DNA of 64,000 bases, the filler included, from a bacterium (GTDB taxonomy: Bacteria > UBA9089 > CG2-30-40-21 > SBAY01): assembly GCA_040757115.1 (NCBI GenBank). It is 9 parts of 9 records of this genome, joined end to end, with 100 filler letters (N's around TTAATTAATTAA, not from the genome) between each part and the next. Parts side by side here need not be neighbours in the genome. Positions count along the whole stretch, not along the records: positions 30,096 to 57,861 come from JBFLYA010000028.1; 8 more parts are not named here. The stretch is one strand, 5' to 3'. The stretch's first letter is position 1. Every line of letters begins with the position of its first letter. The position numbers and the translations under genes are program-made. This document shows, in pieces, positions 41,516-51,500 of this stretch. The notes beneath the pieces are model-generated. The model did not search any database. It was not told the origin of the DNA and saw only the letters and a list, made by a program, of their open reading frames with translations.

Positions 41516-41545
41516 CTCTAAACCTCCTGATTTTAAATATAGGAC

Positions 41546-41959
41546 TTATTTTTTTAACGGGTTTGGACCCAGGTTTCGTATCCTCTCAGTCATCTCCCGG
41601 GCAACCTCAGCGAACTTAGGCCCCATAGAAGCGCTCATATTATACATCTCCAGCCTCTTTCCATCAATACCAATCTCATCCAGCAATTTTTTAGCCCTGG
41701 CTACCCGCCGTTTAGCTTTGATATTTCCATCTATAAAATGGCAGTTGCCTTCAAGACAACCAGCCACATACACTCCATCAGCCCCATCCTCAAATGCTTT
41801 GAGCAGATATAAAATATCCACCTTGCCGGTGCAGGGCAGCTTAATTATCTTGACATTCGCCGGATAATTAAGTCTCATCGAGCCGGCTAAGTCAGCGGCT
41901 CCATAGGCACAGTAATGACAGCAAAAAGCAACTATCTCCGGTTCGAATTGTTCACTCAT
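41546..41959 (-). CDS. mvhD: MvhD/FlpD hydrogenase iron-sulfur subunit
   Basis: FCCHYCAYGAADLAG, LPCTGK, GADGV..AGCLEGNCH. Confidence 0.93.
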   Translation of the reverse strand: MSEQFEPEIVAFCCHYCAYGAADLAGSMRLNYPANVKIIKLPCTGKVDILYLLKAFEDGADGVYVAGCLEGNCHFIDGNIKAKRRVARAKKLLDEIGIDGKRLEMYNMSASMGPKFAEVAREMTERIRNLGPNPLKK

Positions 41960-41975
41960 ATTTCACCTCTTAATT

Positions 41976-44900
41976 TTAAATATAGGACTTATTAAACATT
42001 GCATCTACTTTAGCCAGTATCTGCGGATCGCGGTAGTGCATCAGTTGAATCGCCTTAGCCGGACATTCTGAGGCACATATCCCACATCCCTGACATTTAG
42101 CTGCCTCAATCTCTGCTACCCCAGCCTTACTTATAAACGGCACATCGTAAGGACACATTCGGACACAGGTCAGGCAGGCAACACATTTTTTCTCATCAAC
42201 CCACGAGACAACCCCACCGGTTTCTAAATAATCCTTTGAGAGAATCGTTGCGGCTCGACCAGCCGCTGCCTGGGCTTGAGCGATGGATTCCTCAATTAGC
42301 TTGGGCGAATGTGCCAGACCACATAAAAACATACCCTCATTGGCAAAATCTACCGGCCTCAGCTTCATATGTGCCTCAAGGAAGAATCTATCAGCCGTAA
42401 GGGTTACCTTCAAAAGTGGAGCCAGCCTTTCGTTCTCCGGATGCGAGACAATCGCCGGGGCAAGTACCACTATATCAGGCTTTAACACCACCTCCGCACC
42501 CAATATTGGGTCTTTCACCTGCACCTGTAAGCCCCCATCATTAGTCACTACAGGCTTTGCCTCTTCACCGTATCGAATAAATTTCACCCCAGCCTGGCGA
42601 GCCTGGTAGTAGTATTCCTCCCGAAAACCGTATGTCCTGATGTCCCTGTAGAGGATGTATATATCTGCCTGCGGATTTTGTTCCTTAATCTTCAGCGCAT
42701 TCTTGACCGCCTGACTACAGCAGATTCGACTGCAATACAGCCTGTCCTTTTCCCGCGAGCCAACGCACTGAATCATAACTACGGGATTCGGGACTCGGAA
42801 CTCGGAACTCTGGATAGATAGTCGCTCTTCCAGTTCTCGTTGGGTAATCACCCGCTCATCCTGACCGTATAGATACTCTGCTGGTTTCGACTCTACCCCA
42901 CCAGTAGCTACAATTACCACCCCATGCTCTATTTTTCTGACTTCTGACTCGGGGCACCCGCTTGCGGGTCGTCTGACTCCTGAATTAAAATGTCCTACAT
43001 GCCCGGATACCTCTTTTACCTCACTTTGCAGATGCAGCTTAATTAACCGGTGGTTTTGCACCTTCTCCTGCAGAGACTTCAACAATTCTTGAGGGTTCTC
43101 ACCCTCTAAGGTAAAGTGGATATGTCGCAGGTTGCCGCCCAGTTCATCTTCCCGTTCGACCAATTCAACCTCAAACCCTTGATTTGCCAGGGATAAGCTG
43201 GCAACCATCCCGGAAAGTCCACCACCAATAACCAATGCCCTTGGGGTAATCTTCATTGGGATAGTGTAAAGTGGTTCAAGTAGAGCGGCTCGGCCAACAG
43301 CCATTCTCACTAATTCCTTTGCCTTTTCAGTTGCGGCTTGGGGATTTGAGGCATGGACCCAGGAGCATTGGTCACGAATATTAGCCATCTCAAAAAGGTA
43401 TTTATTCAAACCAGCCATGCGGATAGTATCCTGGAATAAGGGTTCATGTGTTCGCGGTGTGCAGGAAGCTACAATAACCCGATTTAGTTGTTTTTCTTCA
43501 ATAATCTCCCGTATCCTTGCCTGGGTATCCTGAGAGCAGGTATAGAGGTTATATTCAGCATATTCCACATTTGGCAAGCCAGCCGCATATTCAGTAACCG
43601 CTGGTACATCTACCACCCCGGCGATATTTATGCCACATTTACAAATAAAAACGCCTATCCTCGGCTCAAGTCCCTGGACATCCTTTTCTGGTGGGTATTC
43701 TTTTTTGATAACCTCACTACCTCTTGTCGAAGCAAGCAATTCACCGGCACAAGCCGCTACACCGCTTGCCTCCATCACTGTAGAGGGAATATCCTTTGGT
43801 TCCTGAAAGGCTCCAGCCACATAAATGCCGTCTCGTGAGCTGGCCATTGGCTTAAAACTACTGGTCTGGCAAAAGCCATATTGGTTTAACCCAATTTCCA
43901 GCCGCTCGCTGAGTTCAACTACTGCCCTGGGCGGCTTGAAACCAACCGAAAGCACAACCATATCAAACTCTTCCTCACACAGAGTCCCATCCTCATCTGT
44001 CCAAACAAGCCTTAAATTGTCATCCTTGTCCGGGTCAATGGTATGAATCCTGGAACGAACAAACCGGACGCTATTGTCATTTTTAGCCCGATTGTAATAA
44101 TCCTCAAATCCCTTGCCAAAGGTGCGCATATCCATATAAAAGATGGTTGTTTCCAATCCTTCTTCCCGGAGATGTTCTTTGGCAATGATTGCCTGTTTGA
44201 TAGCATAGGTGCAGCAGACCGAAGAACAATATGGCTGTTCAACCCCTTTATCTCTTGAACCAACACATTGCAGCCAGGCAATCTTTTCTGGCATTTTGCC
44301 ATCAGATGGTCTAAAGACATGTCCGCTATAGGGTCCAGAGGCAGAAAGGATGCGTTCAAACTCAAAGGAGGTTACCACATTGGGATATTTCCCATAGCCA
44401 TAGGTCTGTTTTAAAGCAGGATTAAATGATTCAATACCCGGGGCAAGAATAATTGCCCCAACCTTAATTTCTTTGACCCTTTCCTCATCAGCATAGGAAA
44501 CTGCCTCTCGCAGACAAAGATTCTCACATAATCCACAGCCAATGCACTTTTGACGGTCAATAGTATAAGTTCGTGGAACCGCCTGAGGATACCTGATGTA
44601 GATTGCCTTTCGTTCAGAAAGCCCCTGATTATGCTCATCTATGGCTTCAATCGGGCAGTGCTGAGCACATAACCCACAACCAGTGCACTTTTCGACATCA
44701 ATGTAGCGGGCATGCTTGACCACATCTACCTCAAAAGCCCCTGCCTCACCGCTTACCTTGCCTATTTCAGCATTGGTGATAATCTCAATATTAAGGTTTT
44801 GCCCACAGTCAACTAACTTGGGCGAGACAATACACATTGCACAATCATTGGTTGGAAAGGTCTTATCCAATTGAGCCATCACCCCACCAATAGCCGGGGT

Positions 44901-45008
44901 TTGCTCTAAGAGATAAACCTTGAAACCTGACTCTGATAGGTCTAAAGAGGTCTGAATCCCTCCTATTCCTCCACCAATAACTAATACTGAACCTATCTTT
45001 TCAGCCAT
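41976..45008 (-). CDS. hdrA: Heterodisulfide reductase subunit A-like, large two-FAD-domain form
   Basis: GGGIGG, LDKTFPTNDC, QCVGSR (twice), ASCTPRTHE, NIRDQCSWVH, terminal ferredoxin motifs. Confidence 0.93.
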   Translation of the reverse strand: MAEKIGSVLVIGGGIGGIQTSLDLSESGFKVYLLEQTPAIGGVMAQLDKTFPTNDCAMCIVSPKLVDCGQNLNIEIITNAEIGKVSGEAGAFEVDVVKHARYIDVEKCTGCGLCAQHCPIEAIDEHNQGLSERKAIYIRYPQAVPRTYTIDRQKCIGCGLCENLCLREAVSYADEERVKEIKVGAIILAPGIESFNPALKQTYGYGKYPNVVTSFEFERILSASGPYSGHVFRPSDGKMPEKIAWLQCVGSRDKGVEQPYCSSVCCTYAIKQAIIAKEHLREEGLETTIFYMDMRTFGKGFEDYYNRAKNDNSVRFVRSRIHTIDPDKDDNLRLVWTDEDGTLCEEEFDMVVLSVGFKPPRAVVELSERLEIGLNQYGFCQTSSFKPMASSRDGIYVAGAFQEPKDIPSTVMEASGVAACAGELLASTRGSEVIKKEYPPEKDVQGLEPRIGVFICKCGINIAGVVDVPAVTEYAAGLPNVEYAEYNLYTCSQDTQARIREIIEEKQLNRVIVASCTPRTHEPLFQDTIRMAGLNKYLFEMANIRDQCSWVHASNPQAATEKAKELVRMAVGRAALLEPLYTIPMKITPRALVIGGGLSGMVASLSLANQGFEVELVEREDELGGNLRHIHFTLEGENPQELLKSLQEKVQNHRLIKLHLQSEVKEVSGHVGHFNSGVRRPASGCPESEVRKIEHGVVIVATGGVESKPAEYLYGQDERVITQRELEERLSIQSSEFRVPNPVVMIQCVGSREKDRLYCSRICCSQAVKNALKIKEQNPQADIYILYRDIRTYGFREEYYYQARQAGVKFIRYGEEAKPVVTNDGGLQVQVKDPILGAEVVLKPDIVVLAPAIVSHPENERLAPLLKVTLTADRFFLEAHMKLRPVDFANEGMFLCGLAHSPKLIEESIAQAQAAAGRAATILSKDYLETGGVVSWVDEKKCVACLTCVRMCPYDVPFISKAGVAEIEAAKCQGCGICASECPAKAIQLMHYRDPQILAKVDAMFNKSYI

Positions 45009-45028
45009 TTATTCCTCCAGTAGAAAAT

Positions 45029-45790
45029 CTATGATACTTTGCTAAATCTCGGATACCGTTCCTTCATCCCTTGCAGATGAGCTATGCCATTATGCTCCAT
45101 TTTAATCAGGAGTTTGAATGCCTGCCCTGGTGAAATTTCCAGAGACTTTGCTACTTCAATCGGGGTTAATGGGTTATCAGTAATTGCCCGGCTAATTTCC
45201 TGCATCAAAACGCTTTCCTCGATATTCCTGTCCATCATCTCATCAAATCGTGCTTGTTCCACAACCTCATGATAGACATTCCCCTGGGTAATTATTTCAT
45301 ATTCTTTGCCAGTAAGCCATCTTAGCCTCTCTGTTTCAGCTACCCCTAAAGCAATCTCCATCTTTTCCTCAAGGTTTTCCATTTCACTGATAGGTGGCAG
45401 GGCTTGAATCTGGTGAGTAAATTTTGTAACCACCTCAGCAAACCTCGCCCCTTCTGCGGCAGAAACCCAATCAAGTACAAATCGCTCAGATTCAATCCCG
45501 GACATCTTGAGCACTTTATTTACAAACCGCATCTTGCGTTCTGCCTGATAATTGCCGGTCTGATAGTGGCAGTCTCCTGGATGACAGCCCAGGACAAGTA
45601 CCCCATCTGCTTTGGCTTTAAACGCCCGAAAGATAAAGACCGGGTCAATTCTGCCAGAACACATTACCCTGATTATTCGCAGGTTTGGCGGATAGTGGAA
45701 ACGGGAAACCCCAGCCATATCTGCCCCCGCATACGCACACCAGTTGCATAAGAAACCAATTATCTTGGGGTTAGAATTTTTCACATTCAT
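45029..45790 (-). CDS. mvhD: MvhD-like subunit with C-terminal extension ending in a winged-HTH-like segment
   Basis: FLCNWCAYAGAD, VMCSGR, GCHPGDCHY; LTPIEVAKSLEISPGQAFKLL. Confidence 0.88.
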   Translation of the reverse strand: MNVKNSNPKIIGFLCNWCAYAGADMAGVSRFHYPPNLRIIRVMCSGRIDPVFIFRAFKAKADGVLVLGCHPGDCHYQTGNYQAERKMRFVNKVLKMSGIESERFVLDWVSAAEGARFAEVVTKFTHQIQALPPISEMENLEEKMEIALGVAETERLRWLTGKEYEIITQGNVYHEVVEQARFDEMMDRNIEESVLMQEISRAITDNPLTPIEVAKSLEISPGQAFKLLIKMEHNGIAHLQGMKERYPRFSKVS

Positions 45791-45814
45791 AATGTTTGCT
45801 CCTTTAGAAAACGC

Positions 45815-45843
45815 TTGACATATCCAACAATATGTGATACAAT
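45815..45843 (+). promoter_or_regulatory. Sigma70 promoter of orphan RHH gene
   Basis: TTGACA-17 bp-TACAAT; ATACAA repeated over the -10. Confidence 0.65.
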
Positions 45844-45876
45844 CGTAATACAACATATTAACAAGGAGGAAATAAA

Positions 45877-46131
45877 ATGCCTATCAGTCTCCGATTAAAC
45901 CCAACCCTTGAAGAGAGGGTTAATCAAGCAGCTAACATACTGCACACTACCAAAACAGAGGTCATCAAATACTCATTAGAAGATTATCTTCCAAAAATCT
46001 TAGAAACTGATAAACACTATCCCTATCAACATTATCAAAAACTTCAACCCTTTATCCCAGGAAGTGGAGATGGTTCTCTTTCTACCGCAGACAGGGATAA
46101 GATATTTCAACACAAACATCCTCTTATCTGA
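45877..46131 (+). CDS. CopG/ribbon-helix-helix antitoxin-like protein, antisense within the hdr cluster
   Basis: ISLRLNPTLEERV...TKTEVIK..LEDY, GSGDGSLS. Confidence 0.72.
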   Translation: MPISLRLNPTLEERVNQAANILHTTKTEVIKYSLEDYLPKILETDKHYPYQHYQKLQPFIPGSGDGSLSTADRDKIFQHKHPLI

Positions 46132-46171
46132 GAATCTGGTTTATCTATGCCCTTCAATCCGCAATCCAAAA

Positions 46172-49100
46172 TCATACCAATGCCTCTATCTGCGCCCATA
46201 TTTCCTCATCAGTAAAATGCTGAATAGTAATTGCCTGCTGTGGGCAGGAAGCGCCGCAGACTCCGCATCCTTTACAGGAAGCGGCAATATTTTGTGCCCT
46301 CCGTCCCTTTTCTTTTAAGAGCAATTCCATAGCCGAAGATGAACATAGGGAAACACACAGCCCACAGCCAATACATTTATCTTCATCTACGAGCGGCGTC
46401 ATAGGGGAAACAGTAACCTTGCCTTGGGCTAAAACCGTAATGGCTCGTGAGGCGGCGGCTTTTGCCTGCTCAATAGATTCATCCAATGGTTTAGGGTAAT
46501 GAGCCAGACCAGCTACAAATACACCATCAGTAGCAAACTCTACCGGCCTGAGTTTCATATGCGCCTCTAAAAAGAACCCATCGCTATTGAGCGGCACCTT
46601 AAATTGCTGGGCCAAATCCTTAGCTGGATTGGCAACAATGGCTGGGGCTAAAACTACAAGGTTAGCCGAAAGTTTTATATCTGCCTGCAAAATCGGGTCA
46701 AAAACCCTTATTTCTAATCCTGACTTCTGACTTTTGACTTCTGGCTTCTTATCCTCAGTATACCGAATAAAAATAACCCCTTTTGAGCGTGCCTGGTGAT
46801 AGAGATTTTCATTAAAGCCATAAGTTCTAACATCACGACAAAACACATAGATATCCATATCCGGATTTTGTTCCTTGAGTGATAGTGCCTTCTCTACGGT
46901 ATGACTACAACAAACCTTACTGCAATATTGCCTTTCGCTGTCACGGGAGCCGACACACTGAATAAAAACTATGGAATTGGGAATTGGGAATTCGGACTTT
47001 AGTTTTTCATCGAATTCCTGGGAGGTCATAACCCGGTCATCTTGACCATATAGATATTCGGTTGGTGTGTATGCCTGAGCTCCAACAGCAATAATCGCTA
47101 CCCCGTACTCTATCTTTCTATTTTCTGAGTCAGGGCACCTGCTTGCAGGTTGTCTAATTTCTGATTTAAAGTTGCCTACAAAGCCAGATACACTCTCAAT
47201 CTCTGAATTCAGACAAACTGTAATATGGCTATGATTGGTTACCTTTTCAATCAGACTCTTCAGATAGACAGCAACCTCCTGTCTCTGGAAGTTATGTTGT
47301 AATTTAAGTGCCTGACCACCCAATTTATCTGATTTTTCAATCAAGGTGGCTTTAAATCCCTGTTCAGCTAAAGACAGGGCTGACTCCATCCCTGCTACAC
47401 CACCGCCAATAATCAGGGCATCCTGATTTATCAATAGACTTGTTTCCTGTAAAGGTGTAAGTTTACCTACCCTGACTACAGATGCCCGAATCTGGTCTTT
47501 TGCCTTTGCGGTAGCGGCATCAGGCTCATTTTGGTGCACCCAGGAGCATTGGTCACGGATATTAGCCATCTCAAAAAGGTATTTGTTTAAGCCTGCCTCC
47601 CGGCAAGTATCCATAAAAAGCGGTTCATGAGTTCTGGGTGAACAGGAGGCAACCACTACCCGGTTTAATCTCTTTTCAATAATAACCTTTTTTATCTTTT
47701 CCTGGGTATCCTGAGAGCAGACATAGAGGTTATTCTCAGCATGGACAACCCCTGGCAACCCGGCGGCATAATTTCGAACAGATTCAACATCCACCACCCC
47801 GGCGATATTAATCCCGCAGTGGCAGACCCAGACACCAATTTTGGGTGTCTCACCGGCAACATCTCTCTCACCAGGAAATTTCTTTGCTCTGACTAATGTT
47901 CCCCGTGCCTCAGTTAGGATACTGCCTGCCTGACTGGCGGCAGCACTTGCCTCCATCACTGAATAAGGAATATCCTTTGGTCCCTGCAATACCCCACAGA
48001 CAAAGATGCCCTCCCTGGAGGTATCAACCGGCGAAAATCCATCTGTCTGACAGAAATTATGCTCATTAAGCTTAAGACCAAGCCTTTTAGCTAACTCCAC
48101 CACATCCTTGCCAGGCTCAATGCCGACCGAAAGCACTACCATATCAAATTCTTCTTCGCAAATATTTCCCTTCTCATCTGAAAAGACAAGCCTTAATCTC
48201 TCTCCTTCGTCCCCTACCGGATCAACAGTATGAATACGGGAACGGATAAATCGAACCCCATGCTCCTCTTTTGCCCGATTGTAGTATTTCTCAAACTCCT
48301 TACCATAAGTGCGGACATCCATAAAAAATATGGCAGTATCAAGGGGATGGTCACTATGCTCTTTGGCAATAACCGCCTGTTTGATGGCATACATACAGCA
48401 CACAGATGAACAATAGGTATTGTCACAGCGGTTTTTGTCCCTGGAGCCAACACACTGTAACCAGGCAATCTTTTTGGGATGTTTCTTGTCTGATGGTTTG
48501 AGCAGATGACCTCCATGAGGTCCAGAAGCACTCAAGAATCGCTCAAACTCTATGCTAGTCACCACATTGAGGTATTTCTTATAGCCGTAAGTATCATACA
48601 CAGTCGAGTCAAAGGGTTTGAATCCAGAAGCAATTATAATAGAGCCAACATTGATGCTTACCTTATCTTCCTTTTGCTCAAAGTCTATGGCTTTAGCCTC
48701 ACAAAACTTCTCACAAAGACCACATTTCTTGCCTTTAGCTAAACGAAGGCAGTTCTTATCATCAATGACATATTTTAACGGCACAGCCTGTGGATATTTA
48801 ACATAAATTGCCTTACGGATAGAAAGTCCCATATCAAATTCATTTGGCATCTTAGTTGGACACTTTTCCGAACAAACGCCACAGCCAACACACTTATCCC
48901 AATCAACATATTTGGGATGTTTCACCACAGTTACCGTAAAGTTACCTGGTTTTCCAATAACACTCTCAACCTCGGATAAGGTAAGGAGTTCAATATTAAG
49001 GTTTTTACCGCATTCCACCAGTTTTGGCGCTAAGATACACATCGAACAATCGTTGGTAGGAAAGGTCTTATCGAGTTGTGCCATCACGCCGCCAATAGCG

Positions 49101-49231
49101 GGTGATTTTTCAACCAAGTAAACATAGTAGCCTGAATTCGCCAGATCCAGCGAAGCCTGAACCCCAGTAATCCCACCCCCAATTACCATCACCGCCCCAA
49201 CCGGCTTTTTTGATAACTTATTGTTATTCAT
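46172..49231 (-). CDS. hdrA: Heterodisulfide reductase subunit A-like, large form (paralog)
   Basis: Same motif set as 41976-45008. Confidence 0.93.
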   Translation of the reverse strand: MNNNKLSKKPVGAVMVIGGGITGVQASLDLANSGYYVYLVEKSPAIGGVMAQLDKTFPTNDCSMCILAPKLVECGKNLNIELLTLSEVESVIGKPGNFTVTVVKHPKYVDWDKCVGCGVCSEKCPTKMPNEFDMGLSIRKAIYVKYPQAVPLKYVIDDKNCLRLAKGKKCGLCEKFCEAKAIDFEQKEDKVSINVGSIIIASGFKPFDSTVYDTYGYKKYLNVVTSIEFERFLSASGPHGGHLLKPSDKKHPKKIAWLQCVGSRDKNRCDNTYCSSVCCMYAIKQAVIAKEHSDHPLDTAIFFMDVRTYGKEFEKYYNRAKEEHGVRFIRSRIHTVDPVGDEGERLRLVFSDEKGNICEEEFDMVVLSVGIEPGKDVVELAKRLGLKLNEHNFCQTDGFSPVDTSREGIFVCGVLQGPKDIPYSVMEASAAASQAGSILTEARGTLVRAKKFPGERDVAGETPKIGVWVCHCGINIAGVVDVESVRNYAAGLPGVVHAENNLYVCSQDTQEKIKKVIIEKRLNRVVVASCSPRTHEPLFMDTCREAGLNKYLFEMANIRDQCSWVHQNEPDAATAKAKDQIRASVVRVGKLTPLQETSLLINQDALIIGGGVAGMESALSLAEQGFKATLIEKSDKLGGQALKLQHNFQRQEVAVYLKSLIEKVTNHSHITVCLNSEIESVSGFVGNFKSEIRQPASRCPDSENRKIEYGVAIIAVGAQAYTPTEYLYGQDDRVMTSQEFDEKLKSEFPIPNSIVFIQCVGSRDSERQYCSKVCCSHTVEKALSLKEQNPDMDIYVFCRDVRTYGFNENLYHQARSKGVIFIRYTEDKKPEVKSQKSGLEIRVFDPILQADIKLSANLVVLAPAIVANPAKDLAQQFKVPLNSDGFFLEAHMKLRPVEFATDGVFVAGLAHYPKPLDESIEQAKAAASRAITVLAQGKVTVSPMTPLVDEDKCIGCGLCVSLCSSSAMELLLKEKGRRAQNIAASCKGCGVCGASCPQQAITIQHFTDEEIWAQIEALV

Positions 49232-49279
49232 AACGATACTCCATCTTTTCCCAGAAATTTTAATTTTGGCATCAGTTTT

Positions 49280-49348
49280 CGTAGCCCAGGATTCTATCCT
49301 GGCTTATCCGCTCTCTTTCTATAAGCCAACATAGAATGTTGGGCTACA
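49280..49348. repeat. REP-like palindrome
   Basis: GTAGCCCAGGATTCTAT ... ATAGAATGTTGGGCTAC. Confidence 0.6.
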
Positions 49349-49400
49349 TCCTTGCCCTATAAGTTCCATAATTAGAATTGTTGCCTTTTTTACTTTTCTA

Positions 49401-49429
49401 TTGACAATGAAAACAGGATATGCTATAAT
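49401..49429 (+). promoter_or_regulatory. Consensus sigma70 promoter of the TA operon
   Basis: TTGACA-17 bp-(TGc)TATAAT. Confidence 0.8.
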
Positions 49430-49449
49430 TTTGTTGAGGTGAAGATATT

Positions 49450-49656
49450 ATGCACGCAACTAAAACTAAGGATGGTTTTTTTATCCCAAAAGATCAATTT
49501 AAAGAGTTTGATAATTTAGAGATTATCTCTCAGAGTAATCTCATCATTATTAAACCTAAGAGTCTTACTGATAAAACTAAAGGGATTATCCCACCCTTTA
49601 AAAAGCCAATCTCTGAAATAATCCATGATGAGGAGTGGCAATGGTCTACAGATTAA
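49450..49656 (+). CDS. Small antitoxin-like protein (possible AbrB/VapB type)
   Basis: 68 aa, GAGGTG RBS, overlaps PIN gene. Confidence 0.6.
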   Translation: MHATKTKDGFFIPKDQFKEFDNLEIISQSNLIIIKPKSLTDKTKGIIPPFKKPISEIIHDEEWQWSTD

Positions 49657-50171
49657 GCCAATATAACCAAAAAGAACAAATCTTCATAGATACCTCAATC
49701 TTCATTGCTCATTTCTCCTCTGATCCTCAGATAGGTTCTGAATGTTCTTCTTTTCTGAATAAAGTCGAAAAACGAAAAATAAAAGCATTTATCAATCCTC
49801 TTGTCTTAAATGAAGTCTCATTTATTCTATTAAAACAAAAGGCATCTGTTATTCTAAAAACAGACAGACATTACAAAATATTAGAAACACTTAGGAGTGA
49901 TCCTATTCTCTTTCAGGAATCCATTAAGTCAGTGGACTTAGCTGTTAAATACATTCAATCTCTCACAAAACTTAATGCAATTAACATCTGCAGCTTTGAC
50001 TATGCTACATTCTTATCAGCCCATAAATTATCTTCCCAATATAACTTGCTGCCTCGAGATGCATCCTATTTAGCAACTATGTTTGCAAATAATTTACAAA
50101 ACATAGCTACTACTGATCCAGACTTTGAGAAGATCAAGGATATTAATACCTGGATGCCGTATATCCCTTAA
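49641..50171 (+). CDS. vapC: VapC PIN-domain toxin
   Basis: IFIDTSIF, VLNEV, LLPRDA, IATTDPDF. Confidence 0.88.
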   Translation: MVYRLSQYNQKEQIFIDTSIFIAHFSSDPQIGSECSSFLNKVEKRKIKAFINPLVLNEVSFILLKQKASVILKTDRHYKILETLRSDPILFQESIKSVDLAVKYIQSLTKLNAINICSFDYATFLSAHKLSSQYNLLPRDASYLATMFANNLQNIATTDPDFEKIKDINTWMPYIP

Positions 50172-50313
50172 TAGGTGAACTATCTTCCGCAAGATAAACC
50201 TTAAATCCGGACTCTGCCAGATCAAGGGATGCCTGTATTCCGGCAATACCCCCGCCAACTACCATAACTGAACCAACGACATCTTTTCTTGATTTAGCTT
50301 GTTCATTACTCAT
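50170..50313 (-). pseudogene. hdrA: Orphan 5' fragment of an hdrA gene
   Basis: VGSVMVVGGGIAGIQASLDLAESGFKVYLAEDSSP; homology stops at the vapC stop codon. Confidence 0.9.
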
Positions 50314-50390
50314 AACAATACTCCCTTTATTGACTTTAAAAAAACGCACAAATCTGAATATATACATTTTGTATATATTGGATTTGAATA

Positions 50391-50458
50391 AATATACCAC
50401 ATATAGAAATATTTGTCAAGAATTTTTTCTTGACAATTTTATACATATATACTATACT
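50391..50458. promoter_or_regulatory. Divergent sigma70 promoters for the hdr cluster (-) and the Rrf2 gene (+)
   Basis: Minus TTGACA(50419)-17-TATATT; plus TTGACA(50430)-17-TATACT. Confidence 0.6.
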
Positions 50459-50624
50459 AAATTTAGCAGGTTCTTAATAAGTCGAATTTTCCCGATTTGT
50501 GTGGTGAGGTGTTTAAGTAGTTTTTAAAAGATGCGAGTAAGGTTAAGTTAACCATAGAGGTTGGATTATTTCCATTGCCTGGCTTGAAATTTTATAACTA
50601 TAGGGATGGTAGAAGGTAATAATT

Positions 50625-51056
50625 ATGAGGCTTACAACAAAAGGTAGATATGGCTTAAGAGTTATGATAGATATGTCTCTTCACGAAGGTGATGAATGGC
50701 TTTCTGTAAACGATATTTCAAAGAGACAGAACATATCCTTTCCGTATGTAGAGCAGCTGGTTGTGCAGTTAAAGAAGGCTGGCCTGGTAGAGAGTATCCG
50801 AGGGCCTCAGGGTGGTTATCGCCTCTCTAAACCAGCTTCAGAAATCAGTGCTGGCGAGGTAATCCGAATAGTTGAGGGACCACTTGAGATTGTTCACTGT
50901 GCAGGTAAGACTAAAGAAGAATGTGAACGGAGTGGCAAATGTGCTACCCAAATTCTCTGGACAAAAATCAGCCAACAGATGGCTCAGATACTGGACAACA
51001 TCTCCCTCAAAGAATTGGCTAAGTGGGAAAAGGAATTGAAAGAGAAAACGGGTTAA
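50625..51056 (+). CDS. Rrf2-family transcriptional regulator (IscR/CymR-like)
   Basis: MRLTTKGRYGLR, LVESIRGPQGGY.L, three Cys (HC...EC...KC). Confidence 0.92.
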   Translation: MRLTTKGRYGLRVMIDMSLHEGDEWLSVNDISKRQNISFPYVEQLVVQLKKAGLVESIRGPQGGYRLSKPASEISAGEVIRIVEGPLEIVHCAGKTKEECERSGKCATQILWTKISQQMAQILDNISLKELAKWEKELKEKTG

Positions 51057-51067
51057 ATCACAAAATC

Positions 51068-51500
51068 GTAACCGTTCAGGTATAGCTAAAAAATTCAAGA
51101 TGCGACCCTTTGAGAATTTTAAAACACTTGCTATCGGCTGGATTTTAACACCAGGACGCAAGACTATTACTAGGATGATTCAATCAGCCGGTGCGACCTC
51201 CAAGAAACACCATATATTGAACTGATAGGAAATTGCTTTTTGGAGAGAGCGTTGCGTAGGACTTAAAGCTATATCTATGGTCCCAGGCATTGCTTTACCT
51301 CATTTCTTGCCATCTTTTTGTATTTCTTGACATTTTGGAGTCCCAAAAGACAACCCAGAGGGTCATTAACCAGTCGATATAGTAGTTATTATTCAAAACT
51401 TTACTTAGAATTAAATACTCGTAACTACTCGTAGTGAATTAACAAGTTATGCGTGAACCATTACTACACTATGTCAAATTAGTGCTATAACTCTCTATAT
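51068..51500. mobile_element. Cluster of IS debris: IS66 left end, IS701-like transposase fragment, ACTGATAGGAAATTG end
   Basis: GTAACCGTTCAGGTATAGCTAA identical to 23382; FENFKTLAIGWILTPGRKTITRMI. Confidence 0.6.

Noticed and set aside
41546-49231. Selenocysteine in HdrA/MvhD
   Set aside because: All frames are open with Cys at the conserved positions
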